Source of the DNA: Deltaproteobacteria bacterium ADurb.Bin151 | Lineage (GTDB): Bacteria; Desulfobacterota; Syntrophia; Syntrophales; Smithellaceae | Direction: 5' to 3' | Assembly (NCBI GenBank): GCA_002070455.1 | Contig: MWDG01000003.1 | Location: 7,626-71,625, forward strand | DNA length: 64,000 nt | In this document: piece after piece, positions 38,288 through 46,596 of the stretch | How positions within the stretch are numbered: position 1 is the first letter of the stretch | Layout: the number at the start of each line of letters is the position of its first letter | Position numbers and translations under genes: made by a program | Notes under the pieces: generated by a model | Seen by the model: only the letters and a program-made list of their open reading frames with translations | What the model was told of the DNA's origin: nothing | The model's database searches: none

Positions 38288-39463
38288 ATGTCACAGACAG
38301 TTACACCCTATCTGGAAATGTCCCAGGCAATTATCGAGGCCGGCGGGGAAGCGCTGAAGAAATGTTACCAGTGCGGCACCTGCGCAGGCACCTGCCCATG
38401 GACACCGATCACTGATTTTAATATCCGTAAACTCGTGCGTTACGGCCAACTGGGACTGGACGGGATTGAAGAGTTCATGTGGGGTTGCTCCACCTGTAAG
38501 TTCTGCGTGGAACGCTGTCCCCGAGGGGTTGAAATCATCGATATTGTGACAGCCATCCGCAATGTATACAGCGGCGGCGGCCTGCTGCCGCAGAGTCTGC
38601 GCGCTTTTGTCGGGTCGCTTTCGGCAAGGGGCAACCCCTGGTCCGGCGATCAGGCAAAAAGAAACGACTGGGCCAGAGATAAATATCCTCTTTACACGTC
38701 CGATAAAGAATATTTGTATTGGACCTGTTGTACGGTTTGTTACGATCCGCGCAACATCCGTCTGGCCAAGGCGACTGCCGAATTGCTGAATCTTTCGGGA
38801 TTAAGCTGGGGGATTCCTTCCATTGATGTCAATTGCTGTGGTGAGAGTCTGAAAAAGGTTGGCGATCTGGAGCTTTTTGAAAGGCTGAAAAACAAAAACC
38901 TGGACTATTTCAAATCCCAGGGGGTTACTAAAATCATCACCGGTTCCCCGCACTGCCTGGCGTCTTTCAATAAAGATTACGGTGTAGATTACGAGGTCGT
39001 GCACATCAGCGAACTGATGGCCGAATGGATAAAAAACGGTAAAATTGTTCCCAAAAAAGATTTTGGCGGCCTGAAGGTCACCTATCATGATCCCTGTTAT
39101 CTGGGCCGGCACAGTAAAGTGTTTGATGCGCCACGGGAGATCCTGAAATCCCTGCCCGGTGTCGAATTTATCGAGATGGAACGAAACAGTGAAGAGAGCA
39201 TGTGCTGCGGTGGCGGTGGCGGCGGATTATGGATGGAAAAAGCCAAGGGAGAGCGTCTGAGTGATCTCAGAATTGAAGAAGCCATGGGTACGGGCGCAAC
39301 CGTTCTGGCGACGGCATGTCCCTATTGCATTACCATGTTTGAAGACAGCAGCCGAACGCTGAATGTGGATGACCAGATTAAGATCAAAGATCTGACGGAG
39401 CTGCTTCTGGAGAGTTTGGAAATCAGCATTGACGAGCCGGTTGTGGATACGTGTGCCCTTTAG
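38288..39463 (+). CDS. HdrD/GlcF-like Fe-S oxidoreductase (N-terminal 2x[4Fe-4S] fused to two CCG domains)
   Basis: CYQCGTCAGTCP and CSTCKFCVERCP, then NCCGESL and MCCGGGGG CCG-domain motifs. Confidence 0.75.
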   Translation: MSQTVTPYLEMSQAIIEAGGEALKKCYQCGTCAGTCPWTPITDFNIRKLVRYGQLGLDGIEEFMWGCSTCKFCVERCPRGVEIIDIVTAIRNVYSGGGLLPQSLRAFVGSLSARGNPWSGDQAKRNDWARDKYPLYTSDKEYLYWTCCTVCYDPRNIRLAKATAELLNLSGLSWGIPSIDVNCCGESLKKVGDLELFERLKNKNLDYFKSQGVTKIITGSPHCLASFNKDYGVDYEVVHISELMAEWIKNGKIVPKKDFGGLKVTYHDPCYLGRHSKVFDAPREILKSLPGVEFIEMERNSEESMCCGGGGGGLWMEKAKGERLSDLRIEEAMGTGATVLATACPYCITMFEDSSRTLNVDDQIKIKDLTELLLESLEISIDEPVVDTCAL

Positions 39464-39586
39464 ATGACGTTGCCGCCAACGGTATATATGTTGGCAATTG
39501 GGAGAAAATGATCTCTATAATTCAATTATTTAACTGGATACCGGTTTTCGCCGGCATGACGATAGAGAAACAACTCAGGAGATAGT

Positions 39587-41536
39587 ATGAGCAGAATTGG
39601 TGTATTTGTTTGCCACTGCGGTTTAAATATAGCCAAGACGGTTCGGGTGAGTGAACTGGCCCAGTTTGCGGCCACACTGCCGGACGTGGTTGTCGCAAAA
39701 GACTACAAGTTCATGTGTTCCACGCCCGGTCAGGAAATGATTGCCAATGACATTAAAGAACACAGACTGGATCGCGTGATTGTAACTGCCTGTTCGCCCC
39801 TGATGCATGAACAGACCTTCCGCAAAGTTTTAGCAGCGTCCGGACTGAATCAGTATCTTCTGACGATTGTCAACATCCGTGAGCAGGTGTCCTGGGTTAC
39901 GCATGATATTGAAGAAGGAACATCCAAGGCCAAGGCGCTTCTCAACGGTGCGGTTGCCCGGGCCAGGCTTCTGGCTCCCCTGACGTCGCGGGTGATCGAC
40001 GTCAATCCCGATGTGATGGTAGTAGGCGGCGGTATTGCAGGTATTCAGGCCTCGCTGGAACTGGCCAACACCGGCAAGAAGGTTTATCTTGTTGAAAAAA
40101 ACTCCACCATCGGCGGCCACATGGCTCAGTTTGATAAAACCTTTCCCACGCTGGACTGCTCCGCCTGTATTCTCACCCCCAAGATGGATGCCGTCCTGCA
40201 GCATAAAAATATTACACTTATGACATCCTGTGAAGTGACGGAAGTCAAGGGATTTGTCGGCAACTTCGATATTACAATAAAACAGAAAGCGCGCTACGTG
40301 GATCACGACAAGTGCAACGCCTGTCTGGCCTGTACGGAAAAATGCCCCGGCAAGGGGACATCAGAATGGGATGAAGGTCTGGTGAAGAGAAAAGCCATCT
40401 ACATTCCGTTTCCGCAGGCTGTGCCGCAAAAGCCGGTCATCGATCGGGAATCCTGTACATTCTTTAAGAAAGGCAAATGCCGCCTGTGTGAAAAGGTCTG
40501 CGAGCAGAAAGCCATCGACTTTGAACAGCAGGATACCTTCACCACTGTGAAGGTCGGGGCTGTCATTGTGGCGACCGGTTATGATCTCATGGATACCAGG
40601 GAACTCATTCAATACGGTTACGGTAAATATCCCGGTGTTTACAACGCGCTGGAAGTGGAAAGGCTCTTCAATTCCGCCGGACCCACAGGCGGCAAGGTGA
40701 CGCTCCGGGACGGCAAGGAACCGCATGCCATTGCCATTTTCCACTGTATTGGAAGCCGAGATAAAAACAACTATGAGCACTGCAGCCGGGTTTGCTGCAT
40801 GTATTCTCTCAAATTTGCACATTTGTTCAAGGAAAAGACTTCTGCAGATGTGTATCAGTTTTACATTGACATGCGCGCCGCCGGCAAAGGCTATGAAGAA
40901 TTTTACAACCGTATTATTGAAGAGGATGTGAAATTCATCCGCGGCAAGGGTGCGCGTGTGGCCGCTAGCGTTGATGAACCGGGACGTCTGGTTGTCGAGG
41001 CGGAGGATACCATCACAGGCAAATTCATCAAACTGCCCGTGGATATGGTTGTCCTTTCCCCGGCCATGATACCGAGGTCGGACGCGAGGGATATTGCCAG
41101 GCTCTTTAATCTGAGCACGGATAAGCAGGGATTTTTCATGGAGAGGCATCCGAAACTGGCCCCCCTTTCCACAATGTCCGAAGGTATCTTTATTGCCGGA
41201 GTCTGTCAGAGCCCCAAGGACATTCCGGACACCGTGGCACAGGCCAACGGCGCGGCGGCGGAAGCGCTGACCATTGTCGTCAAAGATAAAATGGAACTGG
41301 AGGCAACCACGGCGATGGTGAATCCGGCATCGTGCTGTGCCTGCCAGAACTGCGTTCGTGTCTGTCCGTATGGCGCTCCGTTCTTCAATGAGCAGAAAGG
41401 TGTGTCCGAAATTAACGAAGCCCTGTGCAAGGGATGTGGTCTTTGTGCGTCCGTCTGCCCGACGGGGGCGATTATTGCACGGCATTTTACAAATGATCAG
41501 GTGTTGGCAGAAATGGAAGGCCTCATGGAGTTCTAG
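39587..41536 (+). CDS. hdrA: Heterodisulfide reductase subunit A-like flavoprotein
   Basis: FVCHCG.NI, TACSP, VVGGGIAGIQASLELA, DKTFPTLDCSACIL, CIGSRD, CSRVCCMY, and C-terminal CCACQNCVRVCP / CKGCGLCASVCP. Confidence 0.85.
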   Translation: MSRIGVFVCHCGLNIAKTVRVSELAQFAATLPDVVVAKDYKFMCSTPGQEMIANDIKEHRLDRVIVTACSPLMHEQTFRKVLAASGLNQYLLTIVNIREQVSWVTHDIEEGTSKAKALLNGAVARARLLAPLTSRVIDVNPDVMVVGGGIAGIQASLELANTGKKVYLVEKNSTIGGHMAQFDKTFPTLDCSACILTPKMDAVLQHKNITLMTSCEVTEVKGFVGNFDITIKQKARYVDHDKCNACLACTEKCPGKGTSEWDEGLVKRKAIYIPFPQAVPQKPVIDRESCTFFKKGKCRLCEKVCEQKAIDFEQQDTFTTVKVGAVIVATGYDLMDTRELIQYGYGKYPGVYNALEVERLFNSAGPTGGKVTLRDGKEPHAIAIFHCIGSRDKNNYEHCSRVCCMYSLKFAHLFKEKTSADVYQFYIDMRAAGKGYEEFYNRIIEEDVKFIRGKGARVAASVDEPGRLVVEAEDTITGKFIKLPVDMVVLSPAMIPRSDARDIARLFNLSTDKQGFFMERHPKLAPLSTMSEGIFIAGVCQSPKDIPDTVAQANGAAAEALTIVVKDKMELEATTAMVNPASCCACQNCVRVCPYGAPFFNEQKGVSEINEALCKGCGLCASVCPTGAIIARHFTNDQVLAEMEGLMEF

Positions 41537-41627
41537 GTATGACGTTATAAAAATCCCATATGCTGCGTTGCGCTCCGTTCGCATTGCTGCGACCTACGAA
41601 AAAGTAGGCCTCGCGCTGCGATACTCA

Positions 41628-41832
41628 CGCGCCTTGCCTCTGGAATTTTTCTTAACGTCATTAAAGACTGTGCAAAAGAAAATAAGTCTGTCAGGTGCCG
41701 CGCATCTGGAACACTTTTGAACGACATAAGGGAAGTAGGGTTGTAGAAAAAAATATGACGTCATAGATATCTTATGGAAGGAAAAAAGATCTATGAGGCA
41801 CGCCTTGCCTCTGGAATTTTTCTTAACGTCAT
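41628..41832 (+). repeat. Pair of 34-nt direct repeats (41628-41661 and 41799-41832) inside the hdrA-flxD spacer
   Basis: C(G/A)CGCCTTGCCTCTGGAATTTTTCTTAACGTCAT occurs twice, 33/34 identical by eye, 171 nt apart. Confidence 0.85.
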
Positions 41833-41861
41833 CAATGATAGAGTATTTTGTATAAAAGCGT

Positions 41862-41945
41862 GTCATTTCGAGGAGCGAAGCGACGAGAAATCTTATGACC
41901 GGGCAACAGGAGTTCAATCGGATTTCTCCCGATGGTCGAAATGAC
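41862..41945 (+). repeat. 84-nt nested-palindrome element immediately upstream of the flxD SD
   Basis: Outer inverted repeat GTCATTTCGA (41862-41871) / TCGAAATGAC (41936-41945). Inner inverted repeat GAGAAATC (41885-41892) / GATTTCTC (41921-41928). The architecture matches the 130-nt element family at 49655, 56418 and 61971. Confidence 0.7.
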
Positions 41946-41975
41946 CGTAGAGTAGATGAGTGGAAAGGATAGTCT

Positions 41976-42392
41976 ATGTCATTTGAACCGAAAATCTTAG
42001 GCATTGCCTGCAACTGGTGCACCTATACGGGCGCGGACCTGGCGGGAACCACAAGACTGCAGTATCCGCAAAATACCAGGGTGGTGCGTGTGATGTGCTC
42101 CAGCCGGATCAACCCGTCCTTCATTTTCCGTGCCTTTCAGCTTGGCGCGGACGGCGTTTTAGTGGGCGGCTGCCATCCCGGCGACTGCCATTATAATACA
42201 GGTAACCTTTATGCCCGAAGGCGATTGGCCGTGACTAAAAAGATCCTGGAATTTTCCGGAATGGAACCGGGAAGGTTCCGTGTGGAATGGATTTCCGCTT
42301 CCGAAGGCAATAAGTTCGCCGAAGTTGTCAGGGAATTCACCGAACAGATTAGAAATCTCGGTCCGCAGACAAAGTTCAAGATTGAAAAATAA
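41976..42392 (+). CDS. flxD: MvhD/FlxD-like [2Fe-2S] protein (Cys version)
   Basis: ILGIACNWCTY.GADLAG...GADGVLVGGCHPGDCHY. Paralogue of 33201..33641. Confidence 0.8.
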   Translation: MSFEPKILGIACNWCTYTGADLAGTTRLQYPQNTRVVRVMCSSRINPSFIFRAFQLGADGVLVGGCHPGDCHYNTGNLYARRRLAVTKKILEFSGMEPGRFRVEWISASEGNKFAEVVREFTEQIRNLGPQTKFKIEK

Positions 42393-42406
42393 ATTCGGGA
42401 GAAGAT

Positions 42407-43273
42407 ATGGCAACAAGCTTTAAGCAAATTGAGGAAAACCTGAAAAACGAAGCCAGGAAACTTCTGGAAGAAGGTAAGGTGAGTCTGGTTCTGGCTTACG
42501 GCAGGGGTTACGATGAAGATCATCCCGTGCCCTTTGTAGCCAGAGTTGTGGCGGATGTGGAGAATATGGTTTTCAATGAATACTGTACGGCCAATATGGC
42601 ACGATACCTGGTTCGTTATCCGCGGGGCACAAAGATGGCGATTGCCGTTAAACCGGCTGACAGCCGTGCCGTAGTCCAACTTATTCAGGAAGACAAAATT
42701 AAGCGCGAAGATGTGATTCTCCTGGGGATCCCGGTGATCGGCATGAAAAATTCAAAAACCGGGGAAGTAATCGACAGCAAAACGACCTGCGGAATGTATA
42801 ATCCTGTTTTGTATGATGTGCTGCTGGGTGAAGAAATTCATGGTCAGACTGTTGTTTCGCCGTACGATGTCCTTGCCGAATACGAAACGATGGACAAAGA
42901 CGCGCGTTTTGCTTTCTGGAAGAAGGAATTTGATAAATGCATCCGCTGCTATGCCTGCCGTAAAGCCTGTCCGATGTGCTATTGCGATCCCTGCTTTATC
43001 GATCAGAATAAACCGAAGTGGGGTGATAAATCCCCGCAATCCCACGGCAACCTGATGTATCATCTGACACGGTTTCATCATCTGGCCGGCCGGTGCATCG
43101 ACTGCGGCGAATGTTCGCGGGCCTGTCCGGTGGATATTCCATTGTATTTATTCCACAAGAAGGTGGCCAAAGAGTGTGAGGAAATGTTTGGTCAGGCCGC
43201 CGGCAAGAGTATCCAGGACAAGCCGGTTCTGGTGAATTTCCGCGTGGATGATTCTGATAAAATTCTGGAATAA
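42407..43273 (+). CDS. flxC: FlxC-like iron-sulfur protein
   Basis: CIRCYACRKACPMCYCDPC and CIDCGECSRACP. Paralogue of 33684..34694. Confidence 0.6.
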   Translation: MATSFKQIEENLKNEARKLLEEGKVSLVLAYGRGYDEDHPVPFVARVVADVENMVFNEYCTANMARYLVRYPRGTKMAIAVKPADSRAVVQLIQEDKIKREDVILLGIPVIGMKNSKTGEVIDSKTTCGMYNPVLYDVLLGEEIHGQTVVSPYDVLAEYETMDKDARFAFWKKEFDKCIRCYACRKACPMCYCDPCFIDQNKPKWGDKSPQSHGNLMYHLTRFHHLAGRCIDCGECSRACPVDIPLYLFHKKVAKECEEMFGQAAGKSIQDKPVLVNFRVDDSDKILE

Positions 43274-43439
43274 TCGGTTAGACGTTTGGAGGATGTTCTG
43301 AACTAAAAATAGAATAGCTTGGCAAGTTGCATGGCATTAACCCAAGCCCGCAAACAAAGACTGCGGGATAAATTCGACTAAGTTTTTTGCTTTGCTTCCA
43401 GCTTGCAAAAAACAAGTCTCATTAATAAGGAGCTTTGTT

Positions 43440-44477
43440 GTGTTGAAGAAAACAGCAGTTCAAAAAATATCCGATCTGGCCGCGCAGCTGATGCAGAAGG
43501 GAACGCTGATCGCGCCTGTCCGGGAAGACGCGGGGTTTAATTTCCGTGAAATATCCGATGCCGGGCAGGTGGATTTGAATTTTTACAATACGCTGATGAG
43601 CCCAAAATCGGCCTTTTTCCCGCATATGGAAGATTTTGTCCGGTATCAGACCGGGAAGTCCGTTCTGGATGCCGTGCCTGTAGAAATCAGTATAAAACCG
43701 GCTTTCCTTTTTGGCGTGAGACCCTGCGATGTCAAGAGTTTCGAGATTATGGATATTCATTTCAGCGGCACCGGTGCAGTCGATCCCTACTGGCAGAAAA
43801 GAAGAGAAGCCACCACAATCTTCGGATATGCTTTCGACCTGAACACCCCGGCGGACGGGGCGGATTTCTATGCTACACTGGGAATCGGTGCGGCGGACCC
43901 TGAAGGCAGCGATGTTTTCATGATGAAAAAAGGCGATGAACTGCTGCTGAAAGCCGTCACGAAGAAAGGTGAAAAGCTCCTTGCCGAAATGAGCGGTCTT
44001 ACGGACGCGTCACCTGAAGATCAGAAATATTTTGATGAAACCGTTGCCACTGGCCGGTCTTTTAAAACACGTCTTACCTGTGTGGAGGCGAAGTCCATTG
44101 CTAAAAAGTTCGAGGATCTTTTCCACAAGACCCCGTTCTGGGAGCGGATTTCCGACGCCTGCTTAAGTTGCGGCATCTGCACTTTTGTCTGTCCCACCTG
44201 TTACTGCTTCGATATTTGTGATGAGACCCTTTTCGGCCAGGGAACACGCCGCCGTGTCTGGGACGCCTGTATGTTTACAGACTTCACCCTGGAAGCCAGC
44301 GGACACAACCCGCGCACAAAGGTTTATCAGCGCCTGCGCCAGAAAGTATGTCATAAATATTCATACCATGTCCGGAAGTACGGCGTGATTTCCTGTGTAG
44401 GATGCGGACGCTGCACGCGCGCCTGCCCGGTGAATATCGATATCTTCTCCATTGTGGATCAGGCCATGAAGGAATAG
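43440..44477 (+). CDS. flxB: FlxB-like iron-sulfur protein (AsrA-like)
   Basis: GTG at 43440 lies 7 nt after AAGGAG. GVRPCD. CLSCGICTFVCPTCYCFD and CVGCGRCTRACP. Confidence 0.6.
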   Translation: MLKKTAVQKISDLAAQLMQKGTLIAPVREDAGFNFREISDAGQVDLNFYNTLMSPKSAFFPHMEDFVRYQTGKSVLDAVPVEISIKPAFLFGVRPCDVKSFEIMDIHFSGTGAVDPYWQKRREATTIFGYAFDLNTPADGADFYATLGIGAADPEGSDVFMMKKGDELLLKAVTKKGEKLLAEMSGLTDASPEDQKYFDETVATGRSFKTRLTCVEAKSIAKKFEDLFHKTPFWERISDACLSCGICTFVCPTCYCFDICDETLFGQGTRRRVWDACMFTDFTLEASGHNPRTKVYQRLRQKVCHKYSYHVRKYGVISCVGCGRCTRACPVNIDIFSIVDQAMKE

Positions 44478-44514
44478 TTATAGAAAGATCACGAAATCGA
44501 GATTGAGGAAAAAT

Positions 44515-45375
44515 ATGAGCTCAGATAATCCATACATTCCCATGCCGGTTGAGATTATTAAAATCATCGACGAAGTGGATACTCACGACATCAAAACATT
44601 TCGCTTTACCTTCCTGAACAAAGCAGATGAGAAAAAATTTAAATATCTGCCCGGGCAGTTTGCGGAACTGTCCATTTACGGAAAAGGAGAATCTCCCATC
44701 GGCATCGCCTCCTCGCCGACCGAGCAGGGGTATGTCGAATTTACAGTGCAAAGAGCGGGTGCAATCGTTCCGGGGCTGGTGACGGCCGCCCTGCACGACA
44801 TGGATGAAGGCGCAAAGATCGGTCTGCGCGGGCCGTTGGGCAATTCCTGGCCGATTGAATTCCTCGAGAAAAAGAATATTGTTGTCGTTGGCGGCGGTTT
44901 TGCGTTTACAACGCTGCGCTCACTGATCAATTATATGCTCTACAAAGACAACCGGTCGCGCTTCGGCGACATTACCGTGATTTACGGTGCCAGGACTCCC
45001 GGTCTGCTTTTGTATAAGGATGAACTGGCCGCCTGGGAGAAGCGCGACGACATCAAAACCATTATCACCGTGGACAAAGGCGATGAGAACTGGAAGGGGA
45101 GGGAAGGGTTTGTCCCTGCGGTCTGTAAAGACGCGGCACCATCGCCAAAAAATACCGTGGCTGTGATCTGCGGACCGCCGGTGATGATTAAATTTACCCT
45201 GCCGGTATTTTTCGAGCTGGGTTTTTCCAGGGAAAACATTCTGACTTCCCTGGAAATGAGGATGAAGTGCGGTATCGGAAAATGCGGCCGCTGCAACGTT
45301 GGTTATAAATACGTGTGCTCGGACGGTCCGGTCTTTTCGCTGGCCGAATTGGAAGAACTGCCCCGCGACTTTTAA
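44515..45375 (+). CDS. flxA: FlxA-like FAD/NAD(P)H oxidoreductase with [2Fe-2S]
   Basis: ATG at 44515 follows GAGGAA. Long identical stretches with 37270..38109 (e.g. GKGESPIGIASSPT, GGGFAFTTLRSLINYM, WKGREGFVPAVCK, SLEMRMKCGIGKCGRCNVG). Confidence 0.65.
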   Translation: MSSDNPYIPMPVEIIKIIDEVDTHDIKTFRFTFLNKADEKKFKYLPGQFAELSIYGKGESPIGIASSPTEQGYVEFTVQRAGAIVPGLVTAALHDMDEGAKIGLRGPLGNSWPIEFLEKKNIVVVGGGFAFTTLRSLINYMLYKDNRSRFGDITVIYGARTPGLLLYKDELAAWEKRDDIKTIITVDKGDENWKGREGFVPAVCKDAAPSPKNTVAVICGPPVMIKFTLPVFFELGFSRENILTSLEMRMKCGIGKCGRCNVGYKYVCSDGPVFSLAELEELPRDF

Positions 45376-45389
45376 AAGAAAGGTTGATT

Positions 45390-45791
45390 ATGAAAAAACT
45401 ATTGATGGCTCTTGTCGTGATATTGTGTGCCGTTTCCACGGTTTTTGCCGCGGAAGATCTTTCAACAAAACTGGATAAGAACAAAGACGGCAAAGTCAGC
45501 AAAAAGGAATACACGAGTGCCGTGTCCAAAACATTTGATAAACTGGACAAGAACCGTGACGGGTCGATTACCCGTGATGAGCTCGGTCACATGGACAAAA
45601 AAGACCAGGAGACATTCATCAAAGAAAACGACGCGGACGGTGACGGGATTATTATAAAAAAAGAATTTGAACAGGCCGCCGAAAAAAGATTCCGGCAATT
45701 GGATAAGAACAGGAACGGTTTTATCAGCAAAGATGAATGGGCCGGTGGACGTTCCGAAATGTATTCGCCGTTTGCGCTTTTCACATTTTAA
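45390..45791 (+). CDS. Secreted EF-hand calcium-binding protein (four EF loops)
   Basis: Signal peptide MKKLLMALVVILCAVSTVFA. Loops DKNKDGKVSKKE, DKNRDGSITRDE, DADGDGIIIKKE, DKNRNGFISKDE. Confidence 0.75.
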   Translation: MKKLLMALVVILCAVSTVFAAEDLSTKLDKNKDGKVSKKEYTSAVSKTFDKLDKNRDGSITRDELGHMDKKDQETFIKENDADGDGIIIKKEFEQAAEKRFRQLDKNRNGFISKDEWAGGRSEMYSPFALFTF

Positions 45792-46425
45792 TGATCCAGG
45801 ATGTCCGGAGTAAAAAATAAATTCCGAATCCGGTCAGAAAGATTCCTGCAACCAGGGATATCACCCTGGTCATTCTATCATTGATGAATTTCTTTCCCCA
45901 GTGGAGCAAGGCGGCAAGAAAAAACACCCACAGGAAGCATCCCAGTAAAATGGAAAGGCAGGAGAGGAAGGCGCTAAGATCCGTCTGCGGGCGTGCCTGT
46001 GAAGCAACAAGTGCACCGAAAATGCCGGTCCACCATACAATGGTCATGGGCGAGGAGATGGCTAGCATAAAACCGGTAATATAGGAGCTCTTAAATATTC
46101 GTTTTGTTTGATGGTTTGTCTCAGAAGCTGTTGAGTTGAATCCTTCTCTTATGCTTGCGGCTCCAAGATAAATCAGGATCAAACTGCCGGCAATTCCCAG
46201 GATGATCTTCATTGTGGGATGATTCAGAAAGGCAGTCAGTCCGAAAAAAATCAACGTCAGGTAGGTGGCATCGGCGCTCATGGCGCCCACGCCGGTGAGA
46301 ATCGCCTGTCTGAATCCCGAGTTCATGCCGCGCTTGATGATTTCCACATTGACCGGCCCGATTGGCGCAGCCAGTGTTAAACCCAGAAGGATATTTTGAA
46401 CAAGGGTATATTTTTCCAAATCCAT
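45781..46425 (-). CDS. LysE/RhtB-family amino-acid exporter
   Basis: 214 aa, about 6 TM helices, with N-terminal GL.LAAPIGPVN..II..G motif. Confidence 0.75.
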   Translation of the reverse strand: MDLEKYTLVQNILLGLTLAAPIGPVNVEIIKRGMNSGFRQAILTGVGAMSADATYLTLIFFGLTAFLNHPTMKIILGIAGSLILIYLGAASIREGFNSTASETNHQTKRIFKSSYITGFMLAISSPMTIVWWTGIFGALVASQARPQTDLSAFLSCLSILLGCFLWVFFLAALLHWGKKFINDRMTRVISLVAGIFLTGFGIYFLLRTSWIIKM

Positions 46426-46596
46426 TCACTTCAGGCAGCTTGAAAAGATATTGCGTTTAAAATAAATTTATAACACGTTGTTTGCCTGCGCACAATGTTT
46501 CAAAAGCAGCTGAGGAAAATTGTCAATTTCTTTTTATGATTGATTTTTTATTATGATTCCTCTAACGTTCCGCATTATTTTTAAGGAAACCTCAAT

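Noticed and set aside
41594-42022. 142-aa minus-strand ORF spanning the hdrA-flxD spacer.
   Set aside because: It is produced by reading through the direct repeats (DDVKKNSRGKA appears twice) and overlaps the flxD start. It is a repeat artefact.
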